Made by a program: the position numbers and the translations under genes. 64,000 nucleotides of DNA. Source: Anaerolineae bacterium. Lineage in GTDB: Bacteria; Chloroflexota; Anaerolineae; DUEN01. Location of the stretch: positions 65,244 to 129,243 of the forward strand of contig JANXBS010000002.1 of assembly GCA_025060615.1 (NCBI GenBank). Reading direction: 5' to 3'. The notes beneath the pieces were generated by a model that had not been told where the DNA came from, made no database searches, and was given only the letters and a program-made list of their open reading frames with translations. Of the stretch, positions 49,853 through 59,475 are shown piece by piece (position 1 is the first letter of the stretch; each line of letters opens with the position of its first letter).

Positions 49853-51268
49853 TTATGTCTTGTAACGTATGAGGTCAGGCAAGGGATCGGCTTCGTATAC
49901 CCAGTCATCTGGTAGCAGATAGGGACAGCGGCGCTCAGCCAGGGCCAGACGTGCAGCCGCAACGACGAAGATCGAGCCCGTTACCAGGATCAGATCCTCT
50001 GGGCCAGCCCAAGCTAGCATTTCGTCTAATCCCTGGGCTATAGTATCGATCACCGAGAGTTCAAGCTCGGGCCGAATCAGATGTGCCAGGTCTATCAACC
50101 GATGTGGATCGGCCGCCCGTGGGTGAAACGACGCCGAGACGATACATCGGCTGGCCAATGGCAGGATCACCTCTAGCATGCCTTGAATATCCTTATCCGC
50201 CGAGGCTCCGAAGATTAGCCCCAAGCGTTGATAGGGGAACCACTGGTGCAGGGCTAGGCATAGCTTTTGAGCAGAATCGGCATTATGGGCACAGTCTACC
50301 ACAATCCAGGGGCGGTGTCCCAGCACCTCCAGGCGCCCAGGCCATCGTGTCCGTCGCATCCCTTCGTAGAGGGCTTCCTCGGCGATGGTCATTCCTAGCT
50401 CTTGTAGCTCGTGTAGCGCGGCCACCGCCACACAAGCGTTATCGAGCTGGTGCCGACCGAGCAGGGGCACGAACAGGTTGGGATAGATGACGCCGTCCGG
50501 CCCATACACCGTGAAGGCCTGTCCGGCCAATTCCAGATCTTTCTGATGATCCCATTGCCATTTATACGGACTTTCGCCGGCAGAGGACGACATGGGCCCC
50601 GTTGTCTCGAGCCGAGCCCCCGCGGTGCGACATACGTCCACGATTACGCGCATCGCCTCATCGGGCTGGGGAGCGGAGATCACCGGCACGCCTGGCTTGA
50701 TGATGCCGGCCTTCTCCCAGGCGATCAAGGAGAGCGTGTGCCCCAAGATCTCCATGTGGTCATAGCTGAGAGAGGTGATCACGCAGACCGCTGACCGCAC
50801 GACATTGGTGGCATCCAGCCGGCCTCCCAGGCCCACCTCCAAGATCGCCCAGTCCACCTCGTTCTCAGCAAAATAGACGAACGCCAGCGCGGTGATCGTC
50901 TCAAAGGTGGTGCGTTCTGGCTCCGCCTCTAGTGCCGGCTTGCATCGCTCTAATAACTCTACCAGATGAGGAACGGGGATGAGCTGACCGTTCAGCCGGA
51001 TGCGCTCGCGGAACGTGTGAAGGTGAGGCGAGGTGAATAGCCCTGTGCGATATCCGGCGTGCCGCAAAACGGATTCAGTAATGGCGGCGGTGGATCCTTT
51101 GCCCTTCGTGCCGGCGATATGGACACAGCGAAAGCGGTGATGGGGGTTGCCCAGGCGTTCGAGCAACCTCTCCATACGGGACAGGTCACGCGGCATGGCG
51201 CCATAAGCACGAGGATATTGGAGAGCCGGGCCGTAAATGTAATCTAAGGCGTTTTGATAAGCGTTCAT
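49853..51268 (-). CDS. folC: Bifunctional folylpolyglutamate synthase/dihydrofolate synthase
   Basis: P-loop HIAGTKGKGSTAAITESVL. Mur-ligase family layout. Start chosen at MNAYQNALDYIYG (51268); the ORF track start (51349) is an extension. Confidence 0.9.
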   Translation of the reverse strand: MNAYQNALDYIYGPALQYPRAYGAMPRDLSRMERLLERLGNPHHRFRCVHIAGTKGKGSTAAITESVLRHAGYRTGLFTSPHLHTFRERIRLNGQLIPVPHLVELLERCKPALEAEPERTTFETITALAFVYFAENEVDWAILEVGLGGRLDATNVVRSAVCVITSLSYDHMEILGHTLSLIAWEKAGIIKPGVPVISAPQPDEAMRVIVDVCRTAGARLETTGPMSSSAGESPYKWQWDHQKDLELAGQAFTVYGPDGVIYPNLFVPLLGRHQLDNACVAVAALHELQELGMTIAEEALYEGMRRTRWPGRLEVLGHRPWIVVDCAHNADSAQKLCLALHQWFPYQRLGLIFGASADKDIQGMLEVILPLASRCIVSASFHPRAADPHRLIDLAHLIRPELELSVIDTIAQGLDEMLAWAGPEDLILVTGSIFVVAAARLALAERRCPYLLPDDWVYEADPLPDLIRYKT

Positions 51269-51411
51269 AGTCTCAAGCCTGTCGTTTGTTAGGCCAAAAA
51301 AGGGGTCGTGGTACCGCGCTGTGCCGTCCGGGCTAGGGCACTGGACCACGCTTGAATCAAGATAAGCCTATCGTCGGACAAGGGGTTCTCGCCTTCCGGG
51401 AGACAAGCGAC

Positions 51412-51445
51412 GAAAGGCGAAGGCTGAGGCTACCTCGCCTTCGCC
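51412..51445 (-). terminator. Hairpin terminator downstream of apgM (minus strand)
   Basis: GGCGAAGGC-N12-GCCTTCGCC (9-bp stem), 15 nt after the stop, followed on the minus strand by TTTCG. Confidence 0.4.
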
Positions 51446-51459
51446 TCTTGTCGCGAGGG

Positions 51460-52683
51460 TCAAGCGCCGAATTTGGCGAGCCGGCCGGCATGCGCCATCG
51501 CCAACGGCATGATCTCCTTGGCCAGAAGATGCCCCAGGCCGCCCCGCATACATGCGCGCTCGCCAAAGGTGACGCATTCATCGGGGCGCACAGTGGGCCC
51601 CCACAGGAGCAATGGCACCGGATGCCAAGAGTGAGATCGCAGCAGCGCAGGGGTGGAGTGATCACCGGTGACCACCAGCACCGACGGCCGCAGGGCTCGA
51701 ACGCGGCTCATATAGCCGTCTATCTCCTCGATCACCTTTACTTTGGCAGCGAAATCGCCATCTTCGCCGCGGCTATCGGTGTACTTGAAGTGGATGAAGA
51801 AAAAGTCGTACTGATCCCAGTATCGCTCCAGCGTGTCCAGCTCTGAGGCCATGGTGTCGCCCGTCGGCAACACCTCCATGCCACACAGCCGGGCAACCCC
51901 CCGGTACATAGGGTACACGGCGATCGCGGCTGCTTTTAGTTTGTAGATATCCGGAAACTTAGGGATCCCCGGGTCTTTGGCGAGACCACGCAAATTGAGC
52001 GAATTGGCGGGATATTCGTTAGCCAGCACACGACGCGCCTGCTCTAACCAGTCGTTCAGAAGGGCGGCTGTGCGCACGGTATCAGGGTCATCTCGCAGAG
52101 GTTGAACCGGCAATGGCGGCACCCCTGTCCGCTGGGGATCGGTCTCCGAGAGGCCATCGGCTAGCCCTGGGCCACGCACGATCAGGGCGAAACGGTATTC
52201 CTTCACTGGGCGCACGAAGATCTCGTAACCCGGAATGGCTGTTTCCTTCTGGAGCCTTTCGCACAGCCGGGCGCCTACCTCTGAGGCGATACGGCCGGCT
52301 CGCCGGTCCACGATACGTCCCTGTTCGTCCACGGTGCAAAAATTGCCGCGGGCGGCTAAGTCATTGGGCTGCAGAGGAAAGTCAATGCCCAATGCCTCCA
52401 GCACGCCACGGCCGATCTCATACCGCAAGGGGTCATAGCCGAACAGCCCTAAGTGGCCTGGACCACTGCCGGGTGAGATGCCAGGCGCGATCGGGGTACT
52501 GAGGCCCAACGCGCCCTCGCGAGCTAGTTGATCGAGGTTCGGGGTGTGGGCAGCCTCTAGTTCGGTAGGGCCGCCAGGCTCGATCGGCAGCCCTCCCAGG
52601 CCGTCCATCACAGCTAGGACGATTTTGCCTCCATCGGGAAGGGTGCTGGGTTGCGCCAGCTCTCTAATCAGTTCGAGCTCCAT
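51460..52683 (-). CDS. apgM: Cofactor-independent phosphoglycerate mutase, archaeal type (ApgM)
   Basis: GGKIVLAVMDGLGGLP...HTPNLDQLAREGALG and C-terminal VTGDHSTP are characteristic of the ApgM family. Start at MELELIREL (52683). Confidence 0.8.
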   Translation of the reverse strand: MELELIRELAQPSTLPDGGKIVLAVMDGLGGLPIEPGGPTELEAAHTPNLDQLAREGALGLSTPIAPGISPGSGPGHLGLFGYDPLRYEIGRGVLEALGIDFPLQPNDLAARGNFCTVDEQGRIVDRRAGRIASEVGARLCERLQKETAIPGYEIFVRPVKEYRFALIVRGPGLADGLSETDPQRTGVPPLPVQPLRDDPDTVRTAALLNDWLEQARRVLANEYPANSLNLRGLAKDPGIPKFPDIYKLKAAAIAVYPMYRGVARLCGMEVLPTGDTMASELDTLERYWDQYDFFFIHFKYTDSRGEDGDFAAKVKVIEEIDGYMSRVRALRPSVLVVTGDHSTPALLRSHSWHPVPLLLWGPTVRPDECVTFGERACMRGGLGHLLAKEIMPLAMAHAGRLAKFGA

Positions 52684-52777
52684 GTTGATCGCCTTTCCTC
52701 GCAGAAGATTCGACACACAGTAAGGGGCTAGCCGCCGGGCTAGCCCCTTACTTAGTCGGCGCCGTTCGCTCGGGCTA

Positions 52778-53878
52778 TTACATCAGCCGGATCTCCGTCC
52801 TCGGGTCGAAGAGGTGGATTCGATCCATGTTGATGGCCAGCTCGATCTCATCGCCGGCGCGCGCCTGCGTGCGCGGGTCCACACGAGCGATGAAGCTCTT
52901 GTTGCCGGTCAGGCAGTACAGGAAGATCTCGTTCCCCATCAGCTCGGTCACATCCACGATGGCTTTCATATCTGCTTCCACGATGCCAGGCGCAACATAC
53001 GGCTTAGCGTAGATGTCCTCCGGGCGGATGCCGAAGATCACCTCCTGACCCTTGTACTTCATGTACTGCTGGGCCTTGTCAGGTGGCAACTCAAGCCGGA
53101 AGGACCCGCCATCCAAGTACAGCTTGCCGTCTGACTCCACCAATGTGGCGTCGAAGAAGTTCATGGACGGGCTGCCGATGAAGCCGGCCACGAAGACATT
53201 GCCTGGCGTGTCATAGAGGTGCTGCGGCGTGTCCAGTTGTTGCAAGATGCCATCGCGCATGACCGCGATGCGGGTGGCCATAGTCATGGCCTCCACCTGG
53301 TCGTGGGTCACGTAGATGAAGGTCGTGGCCAGGCGTTGATGCAGCTTGGAGAGCTGAGCTCGCGTCTCCACGCGCAGCTTGGCGTCCAGGTTCGAGAGCG
53401 GCTCGTCGAAGAGGAACACCGCCGGCTCGCGCACGATGGCGCGCCCTACCGCTACGCGCTGTCGCTGGCCACCGGATAGCTGTTTCGGCTTGCGATCGAG
53501 CAAGTTCTCAATGCCCAGGATCTGCGCGGCCTCCCGCACACGCCGATCAATCTCGGCCTTGGGGGTTTTGCGCAGCTTCAGGCCGAACGCCATATTGTCG
53601 TACACGCTCATATGAGGGTAGAGCGCGTAGGACTGGAACACCATGGCGATATCGCGGTCCTTGGGAGGCACGTCGTTCACCAGACGGTCACCGATGTAGA
53701 TGTTACCTTCTGTCACCTCTTCCAGACCAGCGAGCAAGCGTAGAGAGGTCGTCTTGCCGCAGCCTGACGGGCCGACGAAGACCAGGAACTCCTTGTCGGC
53801 GATCTCAAGGGTCAGATCGTTAACCGCGATCACGTCTCCAAAGCGCTTGGTTACATGCTCATAAGTTACACTAGCCAT
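52778..53878 (-). CDS. ABC transporter ATP-binding protein, MalK/MsmX/UgpC-type with C-terminal TOBE domain (orphan)
   Basis: Start MASVTYEHVTKRFGDVIAVNDLTLEIADKEFLVFVGPSGCGKTTSLR (Walker A) with a GGAGGA RBS. LSGGQRQR signature. Walker B FLFDEPLSNLD. The ORF track start (54031) is an extension. Confidence 0.85.
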   Translation of the reverse strand: MASVTYEHVTKRFGDVIAVNDLTLEIADKEFLVFVGPSGCGKTTSLRLLAGLEEVTEGNIYIGDRLVNDVPPKDRDIAMVFQSYALYPHMSVYDNMAFGLKLRKTPKAEIDRRVREAAQILGIENLLDRKPKQLSGGQRQRVAVGRAIVREPAVFLFDEPLSNLDAKLRVETRAQLSKLHQRLATTFIYVTHDQVEAMTMATRIAVMRDGILQQLDTPQHLYDTPGNVFVAGFIGSPSMNFFDATLVESDGKLYLDGGSFRLELPPDKAQQYMKYKGQEVIFGIRPEDIYAKPYVAPGIVEADMKAIVDVTELMGNEIFLYCLTGNKSFIARVDPRTQARAGDEIELAINMDRIHLFDPRTEIRLM

Positions 53879-54248
53879 CCGACAAACTCCTCCACATGAT
53901 TTCAATGGGGTGCGCAGGTCAGGAGACCGAACTCTTCGGTCATGGCCGTGTCCTTTTCGTCCGGCCATGGGCATACGCCGAAACCGCTCTCCATGCCCGC
54001 GCCTCGAGGTTTGATGAACAGCGGGCTTCATCGAACACCAAGAGTTGCGACCTGTCCTGGGCTGGCAGACATCCTTGAGGGGAAGGTCTCGCCAGAAGAG
54101 CCCCCGCCACGGCCCTCTGGACTCACCAGGCCCGACCGTGCCACCTCCTTTCGCCTAAAAGGCGTAATAGAACACACCAGGAATAAATACCGCCAGGTCA
54201 AAACTATTATACCATATGCCTGCAGCCTTGCCAAGCCTTTTTCCCGTT

Positions 54249-54257
54249 TGGTATAAT
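54249..54257 (+). promoter_or_regulatory. Extended -10 promoter (TGgTATAAT) for the ruvB operon
   Basis: TTTGGTATAATCTACTTGAGGGAACAAATG gives a short leader with a GAGGGA RBS. Confidence 0.45.
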
Positions 54258-54273
54258 CTACTTGAGGGAACAA

Positions 54274-55320
54274 ATGAGCGAGCGCATGATCTCACCAAAT
54301 TCCCGTTCAGAAGAAGCGGCCCTGGACGCAGCGTTGCGCCCGAAGCGCCTGGACGACCTGGAGGGGCAGGATCGGCTGCGCGACAACCTGCGCATCCTGA
54401 TCGAGGCAGCGCGCGCCCGGGGCGAAACGCTGGATCATATCCTGCTGTATGGGCCGCCAGGGCTGGGCAAGACAACCCTGGCCCATATCATCGCCAACGA
54501 GATGGGCGTCAATTTAAAGATCACGGCTGGGCCGGCCATTGAGCGAGCAGGCGATCTGGCCGCTATTCTCACCAACCTGCGCAAAGGAGACATCCTGTTC
54601 ATTGACGAGGTCCATCGCCTGGGCCGCGCGGTGGAGGAGATCCTCTACCCGGCAATGGAGGACTTTGCACTCGACATCGTCATCGGCAAAGGGCCTGGGG
54701 CCCGCTCCATCCGGCTGAGCCTGCCACGCTTCACCGTCATCGGCGCGACCACTCGTCTGGCACTGCTGACGGCTCCGCTGCGCGCTCGCTTCGGCGTCAC
54801 CTACCGGTTTGACTTTTACGACCAGGCAGCACTGGAATCCATCGTGCGACGGGCTGCGCAGATGCTGAACGTGCCTATCACCGATGATGGCGCGCGGGAG
54901 ATCGCGCGGCGGGCGCGCGGCACGCCTCGGGTAGCGCTCCGTCTGCTGCGTCGAGTGCGCGACTATGCCGAGGTGCGCGCGAGCGGCTCAATCACGGCTG
55001 AGGTAGCCGATCAGGCATTACGGCTGCTAGAGGTGGATGAGCTCGGGCTGGATTACCTCGATCATAAGGTTCTAGAGGCGCTGATCCGCAAGTTCAACGG
55101 TGGCCCTGTGGGACTGGAGACGCTCGCCGCCGCGGTGAGCGAGGAGCCCGATACTATCATGGACGTGGTGGAGCCTTATCTGCTGCAGTTGGGCTTTCTT
55201 GATCGGACGCCGCGTGGCCGTGTGGCGACGCGATGGGCTTATGAGCATTTGGGGGTGCCCTATCCAGAGCGCCCGGAGCAGCCCGGGCTGTTTCACCCAA
55301 CGGAGGAGAAGCCCTTATGA
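54274..55320 (+). CDS. ruvB: Holliday junction branch-migration ATPase RuvB
   Basis: [73 protein letters not shown]. The ORF track start (54262) is a TTG; ATG at 54274 is preferred. Confidence 0.95.
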   Translation: MSERMISPNSRSEEAALDAALRPKRLDDLEGQDRLRDNLRILIEAARARGETLDHILLYGPPGLGKTTLAHIIANEMGVNLKITAGPAIERAGDLAAILTNLRKGDILFIDEVHRLGRAVEEILYPAMEDFALDIVIGKGPGARSIRLSLPRFTVIGATTRLALLTAPLRARFGVTYRFDFYDQAALESIVRRAAQMLNVPITDDGAREIARRARGTPRVALRLLRRVRDYAEVRASGSITAEVADQALRLLEVDELGLDYLDHKVLEALIRKFNGGPVGLETLAAAVSEEPDTIMDVVEPYLLQLGFLDRTPRGRVATRWAYEHLGVPYPERPEQPGLFHPTEEKPL

Positions 55321-56042
55321 CCAGGCCACGCATCGGGATCACCACGCGTTCCTCACAGGGGCCGGTGATCGATCGCTTGCGCTGGTATGTGGAGAGCGTT
55401 CGCTGGGCTGGGGGCGAGCCGGTGATCCTGGCCCCAGACGATCCCCATCGGCCGCCCCTGGAAAGCCTAGATGGCCTGTTGCTATCGGGCGGAGGCGACG
55501 TGCACCCGCGGTGGTATGGACAGCCGATCGCCGGGACGGAAGTGGACAGCATAGATGAGGCGCGCGATGAGATGGAGTTCACGCTGGCGCGCGCGGCGCT
55601 GGCCGCCGACCTGCCGATCTTCGCCATCTGCCGGGGGATCCAGCTCCTGAACGTGGCGATGGGAGGCGCCCTGGTGCAGGATCTGGGCGATCGGCACCGC
55701 ACGCCGGCCGGCGCTTTTAAGCACCATCTAGTGCGGCTGAGAAAGGACACGCGCTTGGCCTCGATGTTGGACACTTCCGGACAGCTCAACGTCAACACGC
55801 ACCACCACCAGGGTATCCATGTGGACCATCTGGCCCCCGGCTTGCGGGCAGCAGCCTGGGCCTTGCCCGAAGGATGGCTGGTTGAGGCAGTGGAGAGCCC
55901 CCATCATCGGTTTGTGTTGGGCGTCCAGTGGCACCCGGAACGGTACTATGAGGTGCCGGCGGCTCATCGCAATTTGTTTCGCGAGTTCCTGCGCGCGGCT
56001 GACCGTTCGCCTGGGACGGCATCATCCAAAGGCCGATTTTGA
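55317..56042 (+). CDS. Class I glutamine amidotransferase (peptidase C26, gamma-glutamyl hydrolase/PuuD-like)
   Basis: [37 protein letters not shown] catalytic Cys/His pattern. ATGA overlap with ruvB. Confidence 0.75.
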   Translation: MTRPRIGITTRSSQGPVIDRLRWYVESVRWAGGEPVILAPDDPHRPPLESLDGLLLSGGGDVHPRWYGQPIAGTEVDSIDEARDEMEFTLARAALAADLPIFAICRGIQLLNVAMGGALVQDLGDRHRTPAGAFKHHLVRLRKDTRLASMLDTSGQLNVNTHHHQGIHVDHLAPGLRAAAWALPEGWLVEAVESPHHRFVLGVQWHPERYYEVPAAHRNLFREFLRAADRSPGTASSKGRF

Positions 56043-56066
56043 TGATCTTCTTGCGGATCCCAGAAC

Positions 56067-57089
56067 ATGAGGACAGCCGATTTCGATTACGAGTTGCCGC
56101 CTGAGCTGATTGCTCAGACCCCCATTGAGCCGCGTGATAGCTCGCGCCTGCTAGTGGTGCATCGAAAGAGCGGTGCCTTTGAGCATCGCGTGTTCCGAGA
56201 CCTCGGGGATTATCTACGCCCAGGCGATCTCTTGGTGTGCAACGATAGCCGGGTTATCCCGGCGCGGCTGCATGGGCGCAAGCCCACCGGGGGCCGTGTG
56301 GAGGTACTCCTGCTCGCTCGTCGAGACGAACGCATATGGCAGGCGCTGATGCGCGGTAAGGGGCTGCGGCCTGGCGCTCGCGTGTACATCGAGGATGCAG
56401 AGGGGAGCGAGGTGGCCGTCGCTACCATCGTAGCGGAGGAAGCTGACGGCGCTCGCACCATTGAGTTTGATCGCCCGATCACACCTTTGCTACCTCAGGT
56501 GGGCGAGGTGCCCCTGCCGCCATACATCCACGAGCCATTGCGGGATCCCGAACGGTATCAGACGGTGTACGCGCGGGTGGCCGGATCAGTAGCTGCGCCA
56601 ACGGCAGGGCTGCACTTCACGCCAGAACTGATCGCTCGCCTACAGGCGATGGGGGTGGGATTCGCTTTTGTCACGCTACACGTGGGGTTGGGCACCTTCC
56701 GCCCGGTACAGGCCGAAGAGGTGGAAGCGCATCAGATGCACGCCGAGTGGGCGATGCTATCGGCGGAGGTGGCCGAGCAGATCCGAGCGACGCGCTCAGC
56801 CGGCGGACGATGCGTGGCGGTGGGCACGACGGTGGTGCGCGTGTTAGAGACGGCTGCCCTGCGCGGCGAGCTAGCCCCCTTCTCCGGCTGGACCGATCTC
56901 TTCATTACCCCGGGATTCTCCTTTCAAGTGGTAGATGCCATGATCACCAACTTCCACCTGCCCCGCTCCACGCTGCTCATGCTGGTGAGCGCGTTCGCAG
57001 GCCGCGAGCTGATCCTGCGCGCGTACCAGGAGGCGATCCGTCTGCGCTACCGCTTTTATTCGTTCGGGGACGCAATGCTGTTGCTGTAG
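56067..57089 (+). CDS. queA: S-adenosylmethionine:tRNA ribosyltransferase-isomerase
   Basis: MRTADFDYELPPELIAQTPIEPRDSSRLLVV is the canonical QueA N-terminus. 340 aa. Confidence 0.9.
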   Translation: MRTADFDYELPPELIAQTPIEPRDSSRLLVVHRKSGAFEHRVFRDLGDYLRPGDLLVCNDSRVIPARLHGRKPTGGRVEVLLLARRDERIWQALMRGKGLRPGARVYIEDAEGSEVAVATIVAEEADGARTIEFDRPITPLLPQVGEVPLPPYIHEPLRDPERYQTVYARVAGSVAAPTAGLHFTPELIARLQAMGVGFAFVTLHVGLGTFRPVQAEEVEAHQMHAEWAMLSAEVAEQIRATRSAGGRCVAVGTTVVRVLETAALRGELAPFSGWTDLFITPGFSFQVVDAMITNFHLPRSTLLMLVSAFAGRELILRAYQEAIRLRYRFYSFGDAMLLL

Positions 57090-57106
57090 ACGAAGGGCGA
57101 GGAACG

Positions 57107-58204
57107 ATGGGCTTCCCCACCTCTTCCCTTCTATCCCCACATGGCTTGCTGCCATTGCCAGCCTTTTTGCCGGATGCCACCATGGGCGTTGTGCGGTCGG
57201 TGGACAGCCGCGATCTGGAACAATGCGGGGTGCGAGCAGTGGTCATGAACACCTTTCATCTGATGCAGCGCCCCGGCTCCTCGACGATTCGGGCGCTGGG
57301 CGGGTTACACCGCATGTGCGCGTGGCCACATCCCATCATGACCGACTCCGGAGGGTTTCAAGCCTACTCTCTTATCCGACAGCATCCCAAAAACGGCAGC
57401 ATCACGGACAGAGGGATCCTCTTCCGTCCGGAAGGTTCTGACCGCAAGTTCAGCCTTTCACCGGAGAAAAGCATTCAACTTCAGCTCAGCTACGGCGCCG
57501 ACGTGATCGTCTGTCTGGACGATTGCACGCACGTGGACGATCCGCTCTCCGTCCAGGAGGAATCGGTGCGAAGGACAATTGACTGGGCCCAGCGCTCTAA
57601 GGCCGAGTTTCAGCGCCTCATCGAGCAGAGGCGCCTTCCCGAGGAACGACGCCCCCTGCTCTTCGCGGTGATCCAAGGCGGCGGCTCGCGCGAGCTGCGC
57701 AGGAAGTGCGCCGAAGCGCTATTAGAGATCGGCTTCGATGGCTTCGGCTATGGCGGATGGCCACTGGACAGTGAAGGACATCTCCTGGTTGACCTCATCG
57801 CCTATACTCGCGAGCTGGTGCCGCTGCAGTTCCCCATGCACGCGCTAGGAGTGGGGCATCCAGCCCACGTGGTCACGTGCGCACGGCTGGGATATGTCCT
57901 CTTTGACAGCGCCATGCCCACTCGAGACGCACGCCACGGCCGGCTATACGCGTTCATCTCGGACGCGGCACCCTGTAACTGGGAGGGCGAGTGGTTTTCA
58001 TACGTCTACGTGAACGACAACAAGCACATCAAGAACGACGAGCCGATCTCCCGCTTTTGCGACTGCCTGTGTTGCTCTCACTACTCGCTGGGCTATCTTC
58101 ATCACCTATTCAAGATCGGCGACGCGCTATTTCTGCGCCTGGCTACGATCCACAACTTGCGGTTCATGGCTCACCTGATGGAATGCCTGCGCAGGAATGA
58201 TTAG
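57107..58204 (+). CDS. tgt: Queuine tRNA-ribosyltransferase (tRNA-guanine transglycosylase), short N-terminus
   Basis: VMNTFHLMQRPGSS..LGGLHRMCAWPHPIMTDSGGFQ (catalytic Asp in TDSGG). LGVGHP. Zn site CDCLCCSHYSLGYLHHL (CxCxxC...H). Start at MGFPTSS (57107) with a GGCGAGG RBS. The ORF track start (56747) overlaps queA in another frame (artifact). Confidence 0.85.
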   Translation: MGFPTSSLLSPHGLLPLPAFLPDATMGVVRSVDSRDLEQCGVRAVVMNTFHLMQRPGSSTIRALGGLHRMCAWPHPIMTDSGGFQAYSLIRQHPKNGSITDRGILFRPEGSDRKFSLSPEKSIQLQLSYGADVIVCLDDCTHVDDPLSVQEESVRRTIDWAQRSKAEFQRLIEQRRLPEERRPLLFAVIQGGGSRELRRKCAEALLEIGFDGFGYGGWPLDSEGHLLVDLIAYTRELVPLQFPMHALGVGHPAHVVTCARLGYVLFDSAMPTRDARHGRLYAFISDAAPCNWEGEWFSYVYVNDNKHIKNDEPISRFCDCLCCSHYSLGYLHHLFKIGDALFLRLATIHNLRFMAHLMECLRRND

Positions 58205-58303
58205 CTGGCGTCCCCAGAGGGGGCGGGACAGCAAGTGTAAGTATTCCCGACTTTCAACCCCGCCCCGCAATGAAGTGTAAGGCAGACAATCGTCGGGCCT
58301 GAT

Positions 58304-59311
<1,008 letters not shown>

Positions 59312-59475
59312 AGCTTCACTCCTAAAGCTGATTGATGCTCGATGACACCGAGCTTAACCGCTGTTTTTCTGGCTCGCTTACTCGCCTAGTTACGGCCGAC
59401 CGGGGCAAATAAGGGGGCGCTTGAAGAGGCCTAAGACAGCCTCTCTCATTAGGGCCCCTCTGCTTTGTACCTCTC

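Noticed and set aside
56747-57106. N-terminal extension of the tgt ORF overlapping the queA 3' end in another frame
   Set aside because: Arg/Gly-rich and overlaps a well-supported gene. The tgt homology starts near 57107, which has its own RBS.
58218-58270. G-rich long-loop stem GGGGCGGG...CCCGCCCC between convergent tgt and aldo-keto reductase genes
   Set aside because: A 30-nt loop and no U-tract on either strand. At most a weak bidirectional terminator.
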